Part shown: positions 31,459 to 41,045 of the stretch, in pieces | How positions within the stretch are numbered: the first letter of the stretch is position 1 | Layout of the letters: each line of letters opens with the position of its first letter | NCBI GenBank assembly: GCA_965541585.1 | Contig: CBEUCH010000014.1 | Span: forward strand, 22,391 to 86,390 | Direction: 5' to 3' | DNA length: 64,000 nt | From: an uncultured bacterium | GTDB taxonomy: Bacteria > Zixibacteria > MSB-5A5 > UBA10806 | Position numbers and translations under genes: made by a program | Notes under the pieces: model-generated | What the model was told of the DNA's origin: nothing | Databases searched by the model: none | Seen by the model: the letters and a program-made list of their open reading frames with translations, nothing else

Positions 31459-31797
31459 ATTGCAAGTGCCTATGTTACAACAGGATATAGAAACAACTGG
31501 CAGAGCATTATTGCCGTGATCCCCCACCTATCATCCAATAACTTTTATGACTAAGAATAACCTAAGACCGTTTTGGGCACGATTTGGCCGCACTCTATTT
31601 TGCCGATTATGAAACCTAATTAATACTATATTGGAAATAAAGATGCATTTTACGATTTCTTGTTGTATATATAAAAAGTAATTAGATATTAGAAATATGA
31701 AAAGTAAAAGACTTTACCACAGAATTGATGAGGTCTGGCAGGTGCGAGCGATGACGAGGAAGCAACTCGAGGAGAAGAAATAGGGATACTTTAACTC

Positions 31798-32808
31798 ATG
31801 ACTCCCAATGATAAGGCATCGCTCAGCGAAGAGGCTATAGAAAGGCAATATCCTGATATCTATAATTCTCTTATGCCGCTCCTTCGTAGGTCCCAGCCGG
31901 GTTCACTAGACGCGTACTTGGAAACGGTTGCCTGCGACGTGAATATTGAGCAAACTCAAACTAATGCTCATTGTAGATTCATTGCTTTGGATGGAAACAA
32001 GAGAGCACGGGTTAAGGATTTTGTACGATTCATTGGAAAAAAAATTACAGATTTTGCGATTCCGCGTGGTGAGATAAACCGTGCTTTGAACGAAGGAGCA
32101 AAAACAAGTTCAACAGCCCCAGTAGATAAACTTAGTAAAAAAGCAAGGAACCTTTTTACTCGTTTGCCTAAAAGTGGTGAAGGAGGAGAGGTTCTGCTTT
32201 CAATCTTAGCCGAAACCATCCTTCGCCTGCCTCAGCTGTTTACAAAAATGGTTTTAAAAACCAATGCCAATATGCATGTTCACGGAAGTGATGCCATTCA
32301 CTTCGGGATTAACCAATCGAATGGTAGTCTTGCACTGTATTGGGGAGAGTCAAAACTTTATGCAGATGCGGGCGCGGCTATTAGAGAATGTTTTACTAGT
32401 CTTGCACCATTCCTGTTGGGCGCAGGTGGCAGCGGGGCGGCGCAGGAACGCGACCTGCAACTCATGCGTGATGGGATCGATCTAGATGACATCAAACTTG
32501 AAAATGCGCTGAAACAATACCTCGATCCGGACAGCACCATGTTTAAACAGTTTGAATACCGGGGTCTATGCCTTGTTGGATTTAACTCGGAGGCTTATCC
32601 AACATCACCAAACTCACCGGAGGCAAATCAATTAAAACAAAAGATCGAAACGACCTTTGACAATTGCAAAAACCAAATCCAGAATCGTGTATTAGCAGAG
32701 AGAATAGAAACTTTCACGATTGAATTATTCTGTGTTCCCTTCCCAAAGGTTGACGATTTCCGAAGTGCCTTCCGTGAAGAATTGGGGTTGCCGGATGGGC
32801 AAAGCTGA
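31798..32808 (+). CDS. hamA: Hachiman HamA (DUF1837 nuclease)
   Basis: SGEGGEVLL, HVHGSDAIH and LYWGESKLY motifs; overlaps a helicase gene. Confidence 0.85.
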   Translation: MTPNDKASLSEEAIERQYPDIYNSLMPLLRRSQPGSLDAYLETVACDVNIEQTQTNAHCRFIALDGNKRARVKDFVRFIGKKITDFAIPRGEINRALNEGAKTSSTAPVDKLSKKARNLFTRLPKSGEGGEVLLSILAETILRLPQLFTKMVLKTNANMHVHGSDAIHFGINQSNGSLALYWGESKLYADAGAAIRECFTSLAPFLLGAGGSGAAQERDLQLMRDGIDLDDIKLENALKQYLDPDSTMFKQFEYRGLCLVGFNSEAYPTSPNSPEANQLKQKIETTFDNCKNQIQNRVLAERIETFTIELFCVPFPKVDDFRSAFREELGLPDGQS

Positions 32809-35398
32809 TTTCCAAGACTGGCTTCTTCAAAATTCGGGTTTTCAAAATCAATATCATCTTTTGATCATCGACTCTGTTGCTAGCCAATTTCCCAACCTGA
32901 AACGAAATGATCATTATGACCAGACAAAGCATGACTGGAATTATTTGTTGTTATGTGCCAGTTTACTTGCGCAGTCGGAAACTGAGAAGTGTCAAAGTGC
33001 TGCCCTTCGAATCTCTCAGTATTGCTTGGAATGTGCAAGTACGTCAGAGGTAGAAAAAGATGCAGCAGCAGTTGTCTTAGATACTCTGGCGAACCGCCCA
33101 GCGATTAAATTAGCAGAAGAGCGAGAGCTTATCCAGCCGGGCTATTCGGATAGAATACCGTTCCCTCTTTTCCAGGAATGGACCCGCCATTCTATTGAGA
33201 ATTCAATCACGTTATCTAATGCCGAAACCATACGGGCGAACAAGTTTCAATGCAGGTTTTGGGAAAGCGTCAAACGCTATGATCGGATCAGCATTTCAGC
33301 TCCTACATCTGCCGGCAAATCATTCATAATTGGACGTTGGTTGGCTGAATACCTGCGAAAGAATCAAAGGGCATCAATTATTTATATTGTGCCAACACGC
33401 GCACTTATACAGCAAGTCCAGCGAGATATAAGGGACGTACTCAAATGTGAAGTTATCGAAAACGTAGAGGTTACCACTCTACCACTGAGAGCATCTTTTA
33501 AGGCTGACAGGGCAAACATATTTGTTTTCACCCAAGAACGGTTTCATATCCTCCTTGCAGCGTTCAACAATAATGTGCCAGTAGATCTGTTGATAATTGA
33601 TGAAGCTCAGAAGATAGGAGATAATTATCGGGGCGTATTATTGCAACAGGCCATTGAAGCCATCTCTCAAAGAAGACCAGCAGCTAATTTCCTCTTTTCC
33701 AGCCCAATGACGGATAATCCAAAAGTGTTGCTTGAAGATGCCCCTGATGGAGTTTCTCAAGACGCCATCGTAAGTGAAGATACTACAGTCAACCAGAATC
33801 TTATTTGGGCGTCGCAGGTCCCAAGGAAACCTTGTACTTGGAGTGTTGATTTGATTCTACAAGAAGACGCTGTCGAAATAGGTAAAATAGAACTTTCGAC
33901 AAGTCCGACACATACAAGTAAACGTTTGCCGTTCGTTGCGTTCTCTTTAGGCAACTCAAAAGGGGGAAACATTATTTACGTCAACGGCGCTGCCGATGCG
34001 GAGAAGACCGCCAAGCAACTCTATGATTTGATCGGAAATGATTCGAACACACCGGGAGATACGGAATTATGCGATCTCATCGAACTAATTCGCAAGACTA
34101 TTCATCGACACTATTCACTTGGAAACGTCATCAGTCGAGGGGTTGCTTTTCACTATGGTAATATGCCGCTCCTTGTCCGGACAGAAATTGAAAGATTGTT
34201 CCGTGCCAACAAGATTAAATACCTGGTATGTACATCAACACTGATTGAAGGCATGAATATGCCGTGCCAAAGCATATTCGTCCGAGGGCCAACGAAAGGG
34301 AAAGGAAATCCTATGACATCAAGTGATTTCTGGAATCTTGCCGGACGCGCCGGACGATGGGGCAAAGAATTTCAGGGTAATATTGTTTGTGTCGATCCTC
34401 GGAAAGACAATGTATGGAAGAATGGTGCCCCAAAGGGGCGAACGAGGTTCAGGATAAATAGAACAGCGGATGACGTCCTTTTAAATCAGGAGGAGAAGCT
34501 ACTCAAATTTATTGATACTGGCACACCACGAAATGAAGCACGTAAGGACCCAAATTTGGAGTATGTATTTTCCTTCCTTGTCTCATCATACATACGCAAC
34601 AACGGTATTGTAACTGCACCCTGGGCAAAACGTTATCCTGAAGAGTTTGTTAATAAGCTGGAAGCAAAAATCAAAAGTATAATTGAGAGTATTGCTATAC
34701 CAGAAGAAGTCATCCTGCGGAATCCGGGCATTAGCCCAATCGCAATGAATGATCTTCTTGGATATTTCCATGAGCGGACAGCTAATCGTAATGAACCTGT
34801 TGAAACGCTGATTCCCGTTCGGGCAGAGAGTGATGATGCATTCGATGAATATGCAAAGATTCTTAACCGAATCAACAAGTGTCTAGGATACGAGTTTGGC
34901 AGTGGAAAACGAGTGCGGCAACTTGCTTTATTGATCGTTGACTGGATGAAAGGCTATCCATTGGCACGGATTATATCTAGCCGTGAAAGCTATTATGGCT
35001 CCAGCGATTTGCCAGCATTGATAAGGAATACCATGAATGATGTGGAAGAATATGCACGTTTTCATGCGCCAAAGTATCTTGCATGCTATGTGGATATTCT
35101 AAAGGTGCATTTAGCCAAAAATGAGCGCCATGATCTTATTGAAAGCTTGCTGGAGCTTAATGTTCTCCTTGAGTTTGGCGTTTCACATAAGACTCAGCTT
35201 TCACTTATGGGATTAGGGCTGAGTCGGACGAGCGTTATTACAATATCAGAGTTCATCGCTGAAGACTCACTAAATGAATCTGAATGTTTGCAGTGGTTAA
35301 AAGAAAATGATTGGATGACACAAGATATGCCTGAAATCATCAAACGAGAAGTAGGAAATCTACTAACGAGCCGCCAAGAGGTAGGCACAGAGGAATAG
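32795..35398 (+). CDS. hamB: Hachiman HamB (Ski2-like SF2 helicase)
   Basis: APTSAGKS, TQER, IDEAQ, FHYGNMP, CTSTLIEGMN and NLAGRAGR motifs; ATG 32795 overlaps hamA. Confidence 0.85.
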   Translation: MGKADFQDWLLQNSGFQNQYHLLIIDSVASQFPNLKRNDHYDQTKHDWNYLLLCASLLAQSETEKCQSAALRISQYCLECASTSEVEKDAAAVVLDTLANRPAIKLAEERELIQPGYSDRIPFPLFQEWTRHSIENSITLSNAETIRANKFQCRFWESVKRYDRISISAPTSAGKSFIIGRWLAEYLRKNQRASIIYIVPTRALIQQVQRDIRDVLKCEVIENVEVTTLPLRASFKADRANIFVFTQERFHILLAAFNNNVPVDLLIIDEAQKIGDNYRGVLLQQAIEAISQRRPAANFLFSSPMTDNPKVLLEDAPDGVSQDAIVSEDTTVNQNLIWASQVPRKPCTWSVDLILQEDAVEIGKIELSTSPTHTSKRLPFVAFSLGNSKGGNIIYVNGAADAEKTAKQLYDLIGNDSNTPGDTELCDLIELIRKTIHRHYSLGNVISRGVAFHYGNMPLLVRTEIERLFRANKIKYLVCTSTLIEGMNMPCQSIFVRGPTKGKGNPMTSSDFWNLAGRAGRWGKEFQGNIVCVDPRKDNVWKNGAPKGRTRFRINRTADDVLLNQEEKLLKFIDTGTPRNEARKDPNLEYVFSFLVSSYIRNNGIVTAPWAKRYPEEFVNKLEAKIKSIIESIAIPEEVILRNPGISPIAMNDLLGYFHERTANRNEPVETLIPVRAESDDAFDEYAKILNRINKCLGYEFGSGKRVRQLALLIVDWMKGYPLARIISSRESYYGSSDLPALIRNTMNDVEEYARFHAPKYLACYVDILKVHLAKNERHDLIESLLELNVLLEFGVSHKTQLSLMGLGLSRTSVITISEFIAEDSLNESECLQWLKENDWMTQDMPEIIKREVGNLLTSRQEVGTEE

Positions 35399-35440
35399 TT
35401 GAAAGGCAAAGTGTAAGAGCTCGGTGTGCTTTGGTTATTT

Positions 35441-35537
35441 GCGCGTAGACTGTTATTCGGAGGCATTTTCGGACGGGGTCCGCCGAAGGCGGATAAAGCT
35501 TGGTCGCCTCCGGCGACTTCGATTCCCCCCGCCTCCA
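35441..35537 (+). repeat. tmRNA 3'-end copy 3 with the same 39-nt insert
   Basis: Matches tmRNA 31077-31135 with one mismatch, plus the identical insert at 35479-35517. Confidence 0.95.
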
Positions 35538-35789
35538 GTAAAGTATCTTATTGCATAGTAACGGGCTATACCCGGACGGGGGATCCGTACCCCGAATTTT
35601 GAGGTTTTTTCCCCCTTTAATCCTCAATAACTTAAAATAACTTGAAACCTAAATAGTCACAATTTCGTAAAAAAATAAGGTCGGGCCGAAGAAAGAGATT
35701 TGCTATTCCTACAGAAATTGGCCCTGTCAAATAGTACTTAGCAAATCAGAGGTGACAACCTGAAGAATGAAAGAAAGGCGGAAAAAGCA

Positions 35790-36161
35790 ATGAAATTAAT
35801 GACAAAGTCGATTTTGACTTTAACAGCAATGGCTCTCATCTTTACAATCTTCTCATGCGCTTCTGCCAAGTTCATCTCTACCGGATCATCATATTCTCCC
35901 CGAGCTGATGACTGTCCAATCGAGGTTTTTAGCTCGAAGCTGCCCGACCAAGAGTATGAGGAACTAGGCGTCATCGAGGGCGAGGGATCCTTAGGTTTCG
36001 ATACCTTGGAGAAGGTTCTGCCCAAAATGAAGCGAGAGGCATGTAAGGCGGGAGGGGACGCCATCATCCTCATGTCCAGTCAGAAGTCCGTAGACATCTA
36101 CAAGGACGGCAGCGATGATCAACTCAACGTCATGGCTACTGTAGTTCGGTGGAAGGAATAG
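35790..36161 (+). CDS. Hypothetical lipoprotein
   Basis: Signal ending IFSC; EACKAGGDAII segment. Confidence 0.7.
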   Translation: MKLMTKSILTLTAMALIFTIFSCASAKFISTGSSYSPRADDCPIEVFSSKLPDQEYEELGVIEGEGSLGFDTLEKVLPKMKREACKAGGDAIILMSSQKSVDIYKDGSDDQLNVMATVVRWKE

Positions 36162-36352
36162 ATGCGGTCAGGTTCTGGCGGGGTTGGCTGCATCTTTCTA
36201 ATTTTCCTATATCCCCTCATAACTTAGAATAACAGAAAACCTATATTGTCCCAATTTGAAGAAACCGGATTTAGCTTGTAATTATCAAAACCGTCTCTTA
36301 AGATTTTAACGGTTCTGTTAAAAAGGTTCTGACGACGTACAAGGAAATTCAA

Positions 36353-37342
36353 ATGAAAGCGATTGTATACACAAAATACGGACCACCTGATGTTCTTCAG
36401 CTCAAGGAGGTAGAAAAACCTACTCCTAAGGACGATGAAGTCTTGATAAAGGTTCATGCGGCGTCCGCAAATGCATATGACTGGCATATGCTGAGAGCTG
36501 ACCCGTTCTTGGTCCGCCTAATGGGCGGGGGGCTACTAAAACCAAAACACAAGATACTCGGAGTTGACGTAGCAGGGCGGGTTGAAGCGGTTGGCAGAAA
36601 CGTAAAGCATTTTCAGCCAGGTGATGAGGTATTCGGAGACGTATCCGGGTGTGGTTGCGGCGGTTTTGCCGAGTATGTATGTGCTCGCGAAAATGCATTG
36701 GCGTTGAAACCGGCCAGTATGTCATTCGACGGAGCAGCGGTGGTGCCTTTGGCGGCAATCACCGCCCTGCAGGGTCTTCGCGATAAAGGACAGATTCAGC
36801 CAGGGCAGAAAGTTTTGATTAATGGTGCGTCTGGTGGCGTGGGTACGTTTGCGGTGCAGATTGCCAAATCGTTCGGGGCTGAAGTCACTGCCGTATGCAG
36901 CATGAGGAATTTGGACATGGCACGCTCGATTGGTGCAGACCAGGTCATTGATTACACTCAAGAAGATTTCACCAAAAGCAGGCAGCGTTATGACCTGATT
37001 CTTGCTGCTAACGGATATCATCCGATTTTAGATTACAAGCGTGCATTAAGTCCCAGGGGGATTTATGTCATGGCCGGAGGTTCCATGGCTCAATTCTACC
37101 AGGCTATGCTCCTGGGACCATGGATTTCAATGACAGGGAGTAAGAAAATGGGTTTCTTTGTGATGAAACCAAACAAAAAGGATTTGGTTTTTATGACAGA
37201 GCTTCTTGAAGCTGGCAAAGTAAAACCTGTTATAGATAGACGTTACAAGTTAAGTGAGGTTCCTGAAGCTATCCGGTATCTTGAAGAAGGACACGCCCGA
37301 GGAAAAGTAGTCATAAATTTGGAACATAATAATAAAACCTGA
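36353..37342 (+). CDS. MDR-family NAD(P)-dependent oxidoreductase (quinone reductase-like)
   Basis: YGPPDVL, GVDVAG, NGASGGVG and GHARGKVVI motifs; no Zn-ligand cluster. Confidence 0.9.
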   Translation: MKAIVYTKYGPPDVLQLKEVEKPTPKDDEVLIKVHAASANAYDWHMLRADPFLVRLMGGGLLKPKHKILGVDVAGRVEAVGRNVKHFQPGDEVFGDVSGCGCGGFAEYVCARENALALKPASMSFDGAAVVPLAAITALQGLRDKGQIQPGQKVLINGASGGVGTFAVQIAKSFGAEVTAVCSMRNLDMARSIGADQVIDYTQEDFTKSRQRYDLILAANGYHPILDYKRALSPRGIYVMAGGSMAQFYQAMLLGPWISMTGSKKMGFFVMKPNKKDLVFMTELLEAGKVKPVIDRRYKLSEVPEAIRYLEEGHARGKVVINLEHNNKT

Positions 37343-37452
37343 CAAAGCGTTGCAGTGGACGGCGGAGAGCTGTGGTTTTTAATAATGTTTTTTAAAACCG
37401 TCACAATTTGGTCACACCACCTGTTAGCTTGTTGCTAGACAATAGGGATAAT

Positions 37453-37476
37453 GGGGTTCGATTCCCCACGTTCCCA
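37453..37476 (+). repeat. Degenerate tmRNA/tRNA 3'-end remnant (copy 4, no insert)
   Basis: GGGGTTCGATTCCCCACGTTCCCA versus tmRNA GGGGTTCGATTCCCCCCGCCTCCA. Confidence 0.6.
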
Positions 37477-37712
37477 TATGATGCAATTGTTTATTTATAG
37501 GCGGATTCCAGTTAAGCATGGCCTCAACAATAATCGGTAGTTACGAACCAGGAATTGCAGCAAATCCCTACGCATCATAGGCCACAAACAACATTCTTGA
37601 CAAAATTATCAATATTTATTATTTTTACCAAAACAGGCGTCACAGTATTGTGCCTGCCTTGTCTTCGAAGTCGATTAATGCAACTGCTCAAAACCCCAAA
37701 CAAGGAGAGATC

Positions 37713-40700
37713 ATGTTTTCTAGTGGAAAGTCTGTGTCCGGCTTAATTGGGGCACTGCTGTTTTCAGCAACCATGTCGACGATAGGCGCTCAAGCCGAAA
37801 ACGATGTCGCAGGCGACGTAAAATCATCTGGTTTGATTACTTCGGTACCACGGACTATGTCTTATCAGGGGTATCTAAAAGACGCGGGGGGGCTACCCGT
37901 ATCAGACACTCTCGAAATCACTTTCCGTATCTATGATGTCGAATCAGGGGGAAGCGCCCTATGGACGGAAACGGTTGCCGCCGTATCAATCATTGACGGT
38001 AACTTCACCGCCATCGTCGGAGAAACCACTCCGATAAACTTGAGCTTCGATGTCGACTACTGGATGTCGTTGCAGGTGGAGGGCGATCCCCTGGAGATGG
38101 ACCCGAGACTGAAACTTCATATGTCGGCTTACGCGGCACGAAGCGACACGACCGATTATGCCCTCAACTCCGATTTGCTGGATGGTCTCGACTCGGGCGA
38201 TTTTGCCGGTTCCGCTCATGACCATGACGCGGATTATGTCAACGAGGGGCAGGCAAATTCCGTTACAGGCGCTATGGTAGTTGATGGCACGGTACAGTTT
38301 GGCGACATTGGCCAGAACGGCGCCTCCGCAGGCCAGATTATGAAATGGAATGGTTCGGCCTGGATTGCGGATAATGATGAGACTGGACCAGGGGGTGGCA
38401 GTGGCTGGGTCGATGATGGTAATTATATCAGGTTAGAGACGGGCACTGATTCTGTCGGAATAGGCACGGCCACGCCATCGGAAAAGCTGGAGGTTGCAGG
38501 GAGTATTCTGGTAACCGATAAAGCCACCATCGGTCCAAGCAACTCAAATACCGGTGCGAACGCGTTTGTGGCAGGTTTAGCCAATACGGTAAGCGGAGAT
38601 TGGACTACAATCGGCGGTGGTCGGATAAACACGGCAAGCGGCCATGATGCGGTGATCGGAGGCGGTCGAGGCAACACTGCCAGCAGCTCATATTATGCCA
38701 CGGTCGGCGGCGGCAACGAAAACACCGCCGGCGCTGGTGGCGCTACTATAAGTGGCGGAAGATTTAATCTGTGCAACGCGGATTACGCAACTGTCGGCGG
38801 AGGTTATGCCGATACTGCCAGCGGGGCCTCTTCCACAATCGGCGGAGGTTGGAGTAATATCGCTAGTGGAGTAGAAGCTACAGTCAGCGGAGGTCAGATG
38901 AATATCGCCGCCGGCCAACAGGCATCGATCGGCGGTGGAAGTCAAAACTCCGCAAGCGGTTTCAGAGCTACGGTCGGTGGAGGTGTGGGAAATTTTGCTA
39001 CCGGAGACAATGCAACGATCGCTGGCGGCTTCGGTAACCACGCAACCGCGAATGGTGCGACAGTAGGGGGCGGCAGTACGAACACCGCCAGCGGTACCGC
39101 CGCCACTGTTCCGGGCGGGAATATGAATGAAGCTGCCGGTATTTACTCTTTTGCCGCCGGCCGTCGAGCTAAAGCTAATCACATTGGAGCATTTGTGTGG
39201 GCAGATCAGACCAACTCGGATTTTGCCTCCACCGGTGTCGATCAATTCCTCATTCGTGCGTCAGGGGGTGTTGGAATCGGTACGACGAGTCCAGCATCGG
39301 AATTGGATGTTGCCGGCACCATCCAGGCTACCGGATTTATGATGACCACCGGTGCCTCCGACGGATATATTCTCACCTCCGATGCCTCGGGATCAGGATC
39401 TTGGCAATCTCCGGCCCCCAGCGGCGGCTGGATAGATGATGGAAATGCTGTCAGGCTGGAGACAGTTAACGATTCGGTTGGTATTGGAACTGCTACGCCG
39501 TCGGAAAAATTGGATGTTTCAGGTAATATCCTGGTGAGCGGAACGGCGACTATCGGAACGGGACATACCAACACAGGCACGAGCGCTTTCTTAGCGGGGG
39601 AGAACAATACGGCCAGTGGAAATTACACCGCTGTTGGTGGAGGTCTGAATAACACCTCAAGTGCGAATTACGCGACAGTCAGCGGCGGCTGGAATAACAA
39701 CGCCGGAGAGATAAACGCAACAGTCGGTGGCGGTTGGGACAATGCTGCCAATGGGCAATACTCAGTTGTCGCCGGAGGAAGGGAGAACACCGCCGGTATA
39801 GATTTCGCCTCGGTTGGTGGCGGAGCTTATAACTTCGCGGGCATCAGCAGCTACGCTACTGTCGCCGGGGGGTATGCCGACACCGCCAGCGGAGGCTACG
39901 CCACAGTTAGCGGCGGTCAAAGTAACATCGCCAGCGAGCAAAATGCGGCCGTGGGTGGCGGTAGTAACAATTCTGCCAGCGGTACGTATGCGACCGTTGC
40001 CGGCGGTCGAGACAATATCAGTTCAGGGCAAAATGCGACGATTGGCGGCGGTACTACTAACACGGCCAACGGCGGTAGTGCTACAGTTGCCGGTGGTGGA
40101 AATAATATTTCCAGCGGTTCGTCCAGCACAATCGGTGGAGGAGACAGTAATACCTCCGGTGCCAGTTCCAGTACTGTAGGCGGCGGAAAGAGAAACAATG
40201 CCAGCGGATATGTCAGCACAATCGGTGGTGGTCAGGATAACATAGCCAGTAACCAATATGCTACTGTGCCGGGTGGATATTTAAATGAGGCGACAGGTAT
40301 TTATTCCTTCGCGGCCGGGCGTCGGGCTAAAGCCAATCATGATGGGGCTTTCGTATGGGGCGACCGGACCAACGCGGATATAACTTCCTCCGCTGCAGAT
40401 GAATTCAAAATACGCGCCTCCGGCGGAACCTATCTATACTCTAACTCCAGTCTCACCGCAGGTGTAACGCTGGCGGCCGGAGCTTCATCCTGGAGTTCCG
40501 TTTCCGACAGCACGCTAAAGCGTAATATCAGACAGGTAAACGGTGAAGAAATTCTCGAAAAACTGGCACAGTTACCCATCAGCCAGTGGAGCTATAAAGC
40601 TCAGGATGAAAGCATTGAACATATCGGCCCGATGGCACAGGATTTCTATGAGATCTTCGGGCTCGGCGCCGACAACAAAACGATCTCTACGATAGATCCG

Positions 40701-40787
40701 TCGGGGATAGCTCTAGCCGGTATACAAGCGTTATTGGATGAAATCGAACTATTGAAAGCCCGTATCGCCGAGCTTGAAGGTAAGTAA
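37713..40787 (+). CDS. Secreted Gly-rich repeat fibre/adhesin with C-terminal peptidase S74 intramolecular chaperone
   Basis: AAGGAG SD and signal peptide; many ~14-aa ATVGGGxxNxASG repeats; SDSTLKRNI..HIGPMAQDF S74 motifs; coiled-coil end. Confidence 0.85.
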   Translation: MFSSGKSVSGLIGALLFSATMSTIGAQAENDVAGDVKSSGLITSVPRTMSYQGYLKDAGGLPVSDTLEITFRIYDVESGGSALWTETVAAVSIIDGNFTAIVGETTPINLSFDVDYWMSLQVEGDPLEMDPRLKLHMSAYAARSDTTDYALNSDLLDGLDSGDFAGSAHDHDADYVNEGQANSVTGAMVVDGTVQFGDIGQNGASAGQIMKWNGSAWIADNDETGPGGGSGWVDDGNYIRLETGTDSVGIGTATPSEKLEVAGSILVTDKATIGPSNSNTGANAFVAGLANTVSGDWTTIGGGRINTASGHDAVIGGGRGNTASSSYYATVGGGNENTAGAGGATISGGRFNLCNADYATVGGGYADTASGASSTIGGGWSNIASGVEATVSGGQMNIAAGQQASIGGGSQNSASGFRATVGGGVGNFATGDNATIAGGFGNHATANGATVGGGSTNTASGTAATVPGGNMNEAAGIYSFAAGRRAKANHIGAFVWADQTNSDFASTGVDQFLIRASGGVGIGTTSPASELDVAGTIQATGFMMTTGASDGYILTSDASGSGSWQSPAPSGGWIDDGNAVRLETVNDSVGIGTATPSEKLDVSGNILVSGTATIGTGHTNTGTSAFLAGENNTASGNYTAVGGGLNNTSSANYATVSGGWNNNAGEINATVGGGWDNAANGQYSVVAGGRENTAGIDFASVGGGAYNFAGISSYATVAGGYADTASGGYATVSGGQSNIASEQNAAVGGGSNNSASGTYATVAGGRDNISSGQNATIGGGTTNTANGGSATVAGGGNNISSGSSSTIGGGDSNTSGASSSTVGGGKRNNASGYVSTIGGGQDNIASNQYATVPGGYLNEATGIYSFAAGRRAKANHDGAFVWGDRTNADITSSAADEFKIRASGGTYLYSNSSLTAGVTLAAGASSWSSVSDSTLKRNIRQVNGEEILEKLAQLPISQWSYKAQDESIEHIGPMAQDFYEIFGLGADNKTISTIDPSGIALAGIQALLDEIELLKARIAELEGK

Positions 40788-41045
40788 TACGAGATAGACT
40801 ATTAAAGATATGAATAGGGAATAAAGAACTCCCAACTCTTGCATTATTGTGAGGGTGTCCACCGGAACAAGTTCAGCGACCCGAATCGGTCGGAAAGCTT
40901 TTAAACCTAACAGTTGAAAAAGCGGGCAATATCCGTTAAATTTATTGATATTGTAATTGGATTAGAGGAACGTTTTGAGTGTAAATTCGATCGTGTAGAA
41001 TTAGCGGCTATTAATGGAAAAGCCGAAAGCCCGAAAGGACCCGGA

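Larger units (their letters stand above)
31456..35537. mobile_element. Integrase-less tmRNA-anchored defence islet carrying Hachiman
   Basis: Bounded by exact 69-bp direct repeats (31387-31455 and 35469-35537); AT-richer cargo. Confidence 0.75.

Noticed and set aside
30620..31554. Short ORFs overlapping tmRNA and its repeat (also 35194-35627 minus)
   Set aside because: They are translations of structural RNA or repeat sequence; their shared peptide PVRKCLRITVYA only reflects the DNA repeat.
31387..37476. Repeats as a CRISPR array or as extra tRNA genes
   Set aside because: They are kb-spaced tmRNA 3' fragments without 5' halves; no regular spacers or cas genes.
38590..40300. ~42-nt periodicity as a CRISPR or non-coding repeat array
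   Set aside because: The repeats are conserved at protein level with divergent codons inside a CDS.
37713..40787. Prophage tail-fibre gene
   Set aside because: It has a signal peptide and there are no phage structural, lysis or integrase genes nearby.
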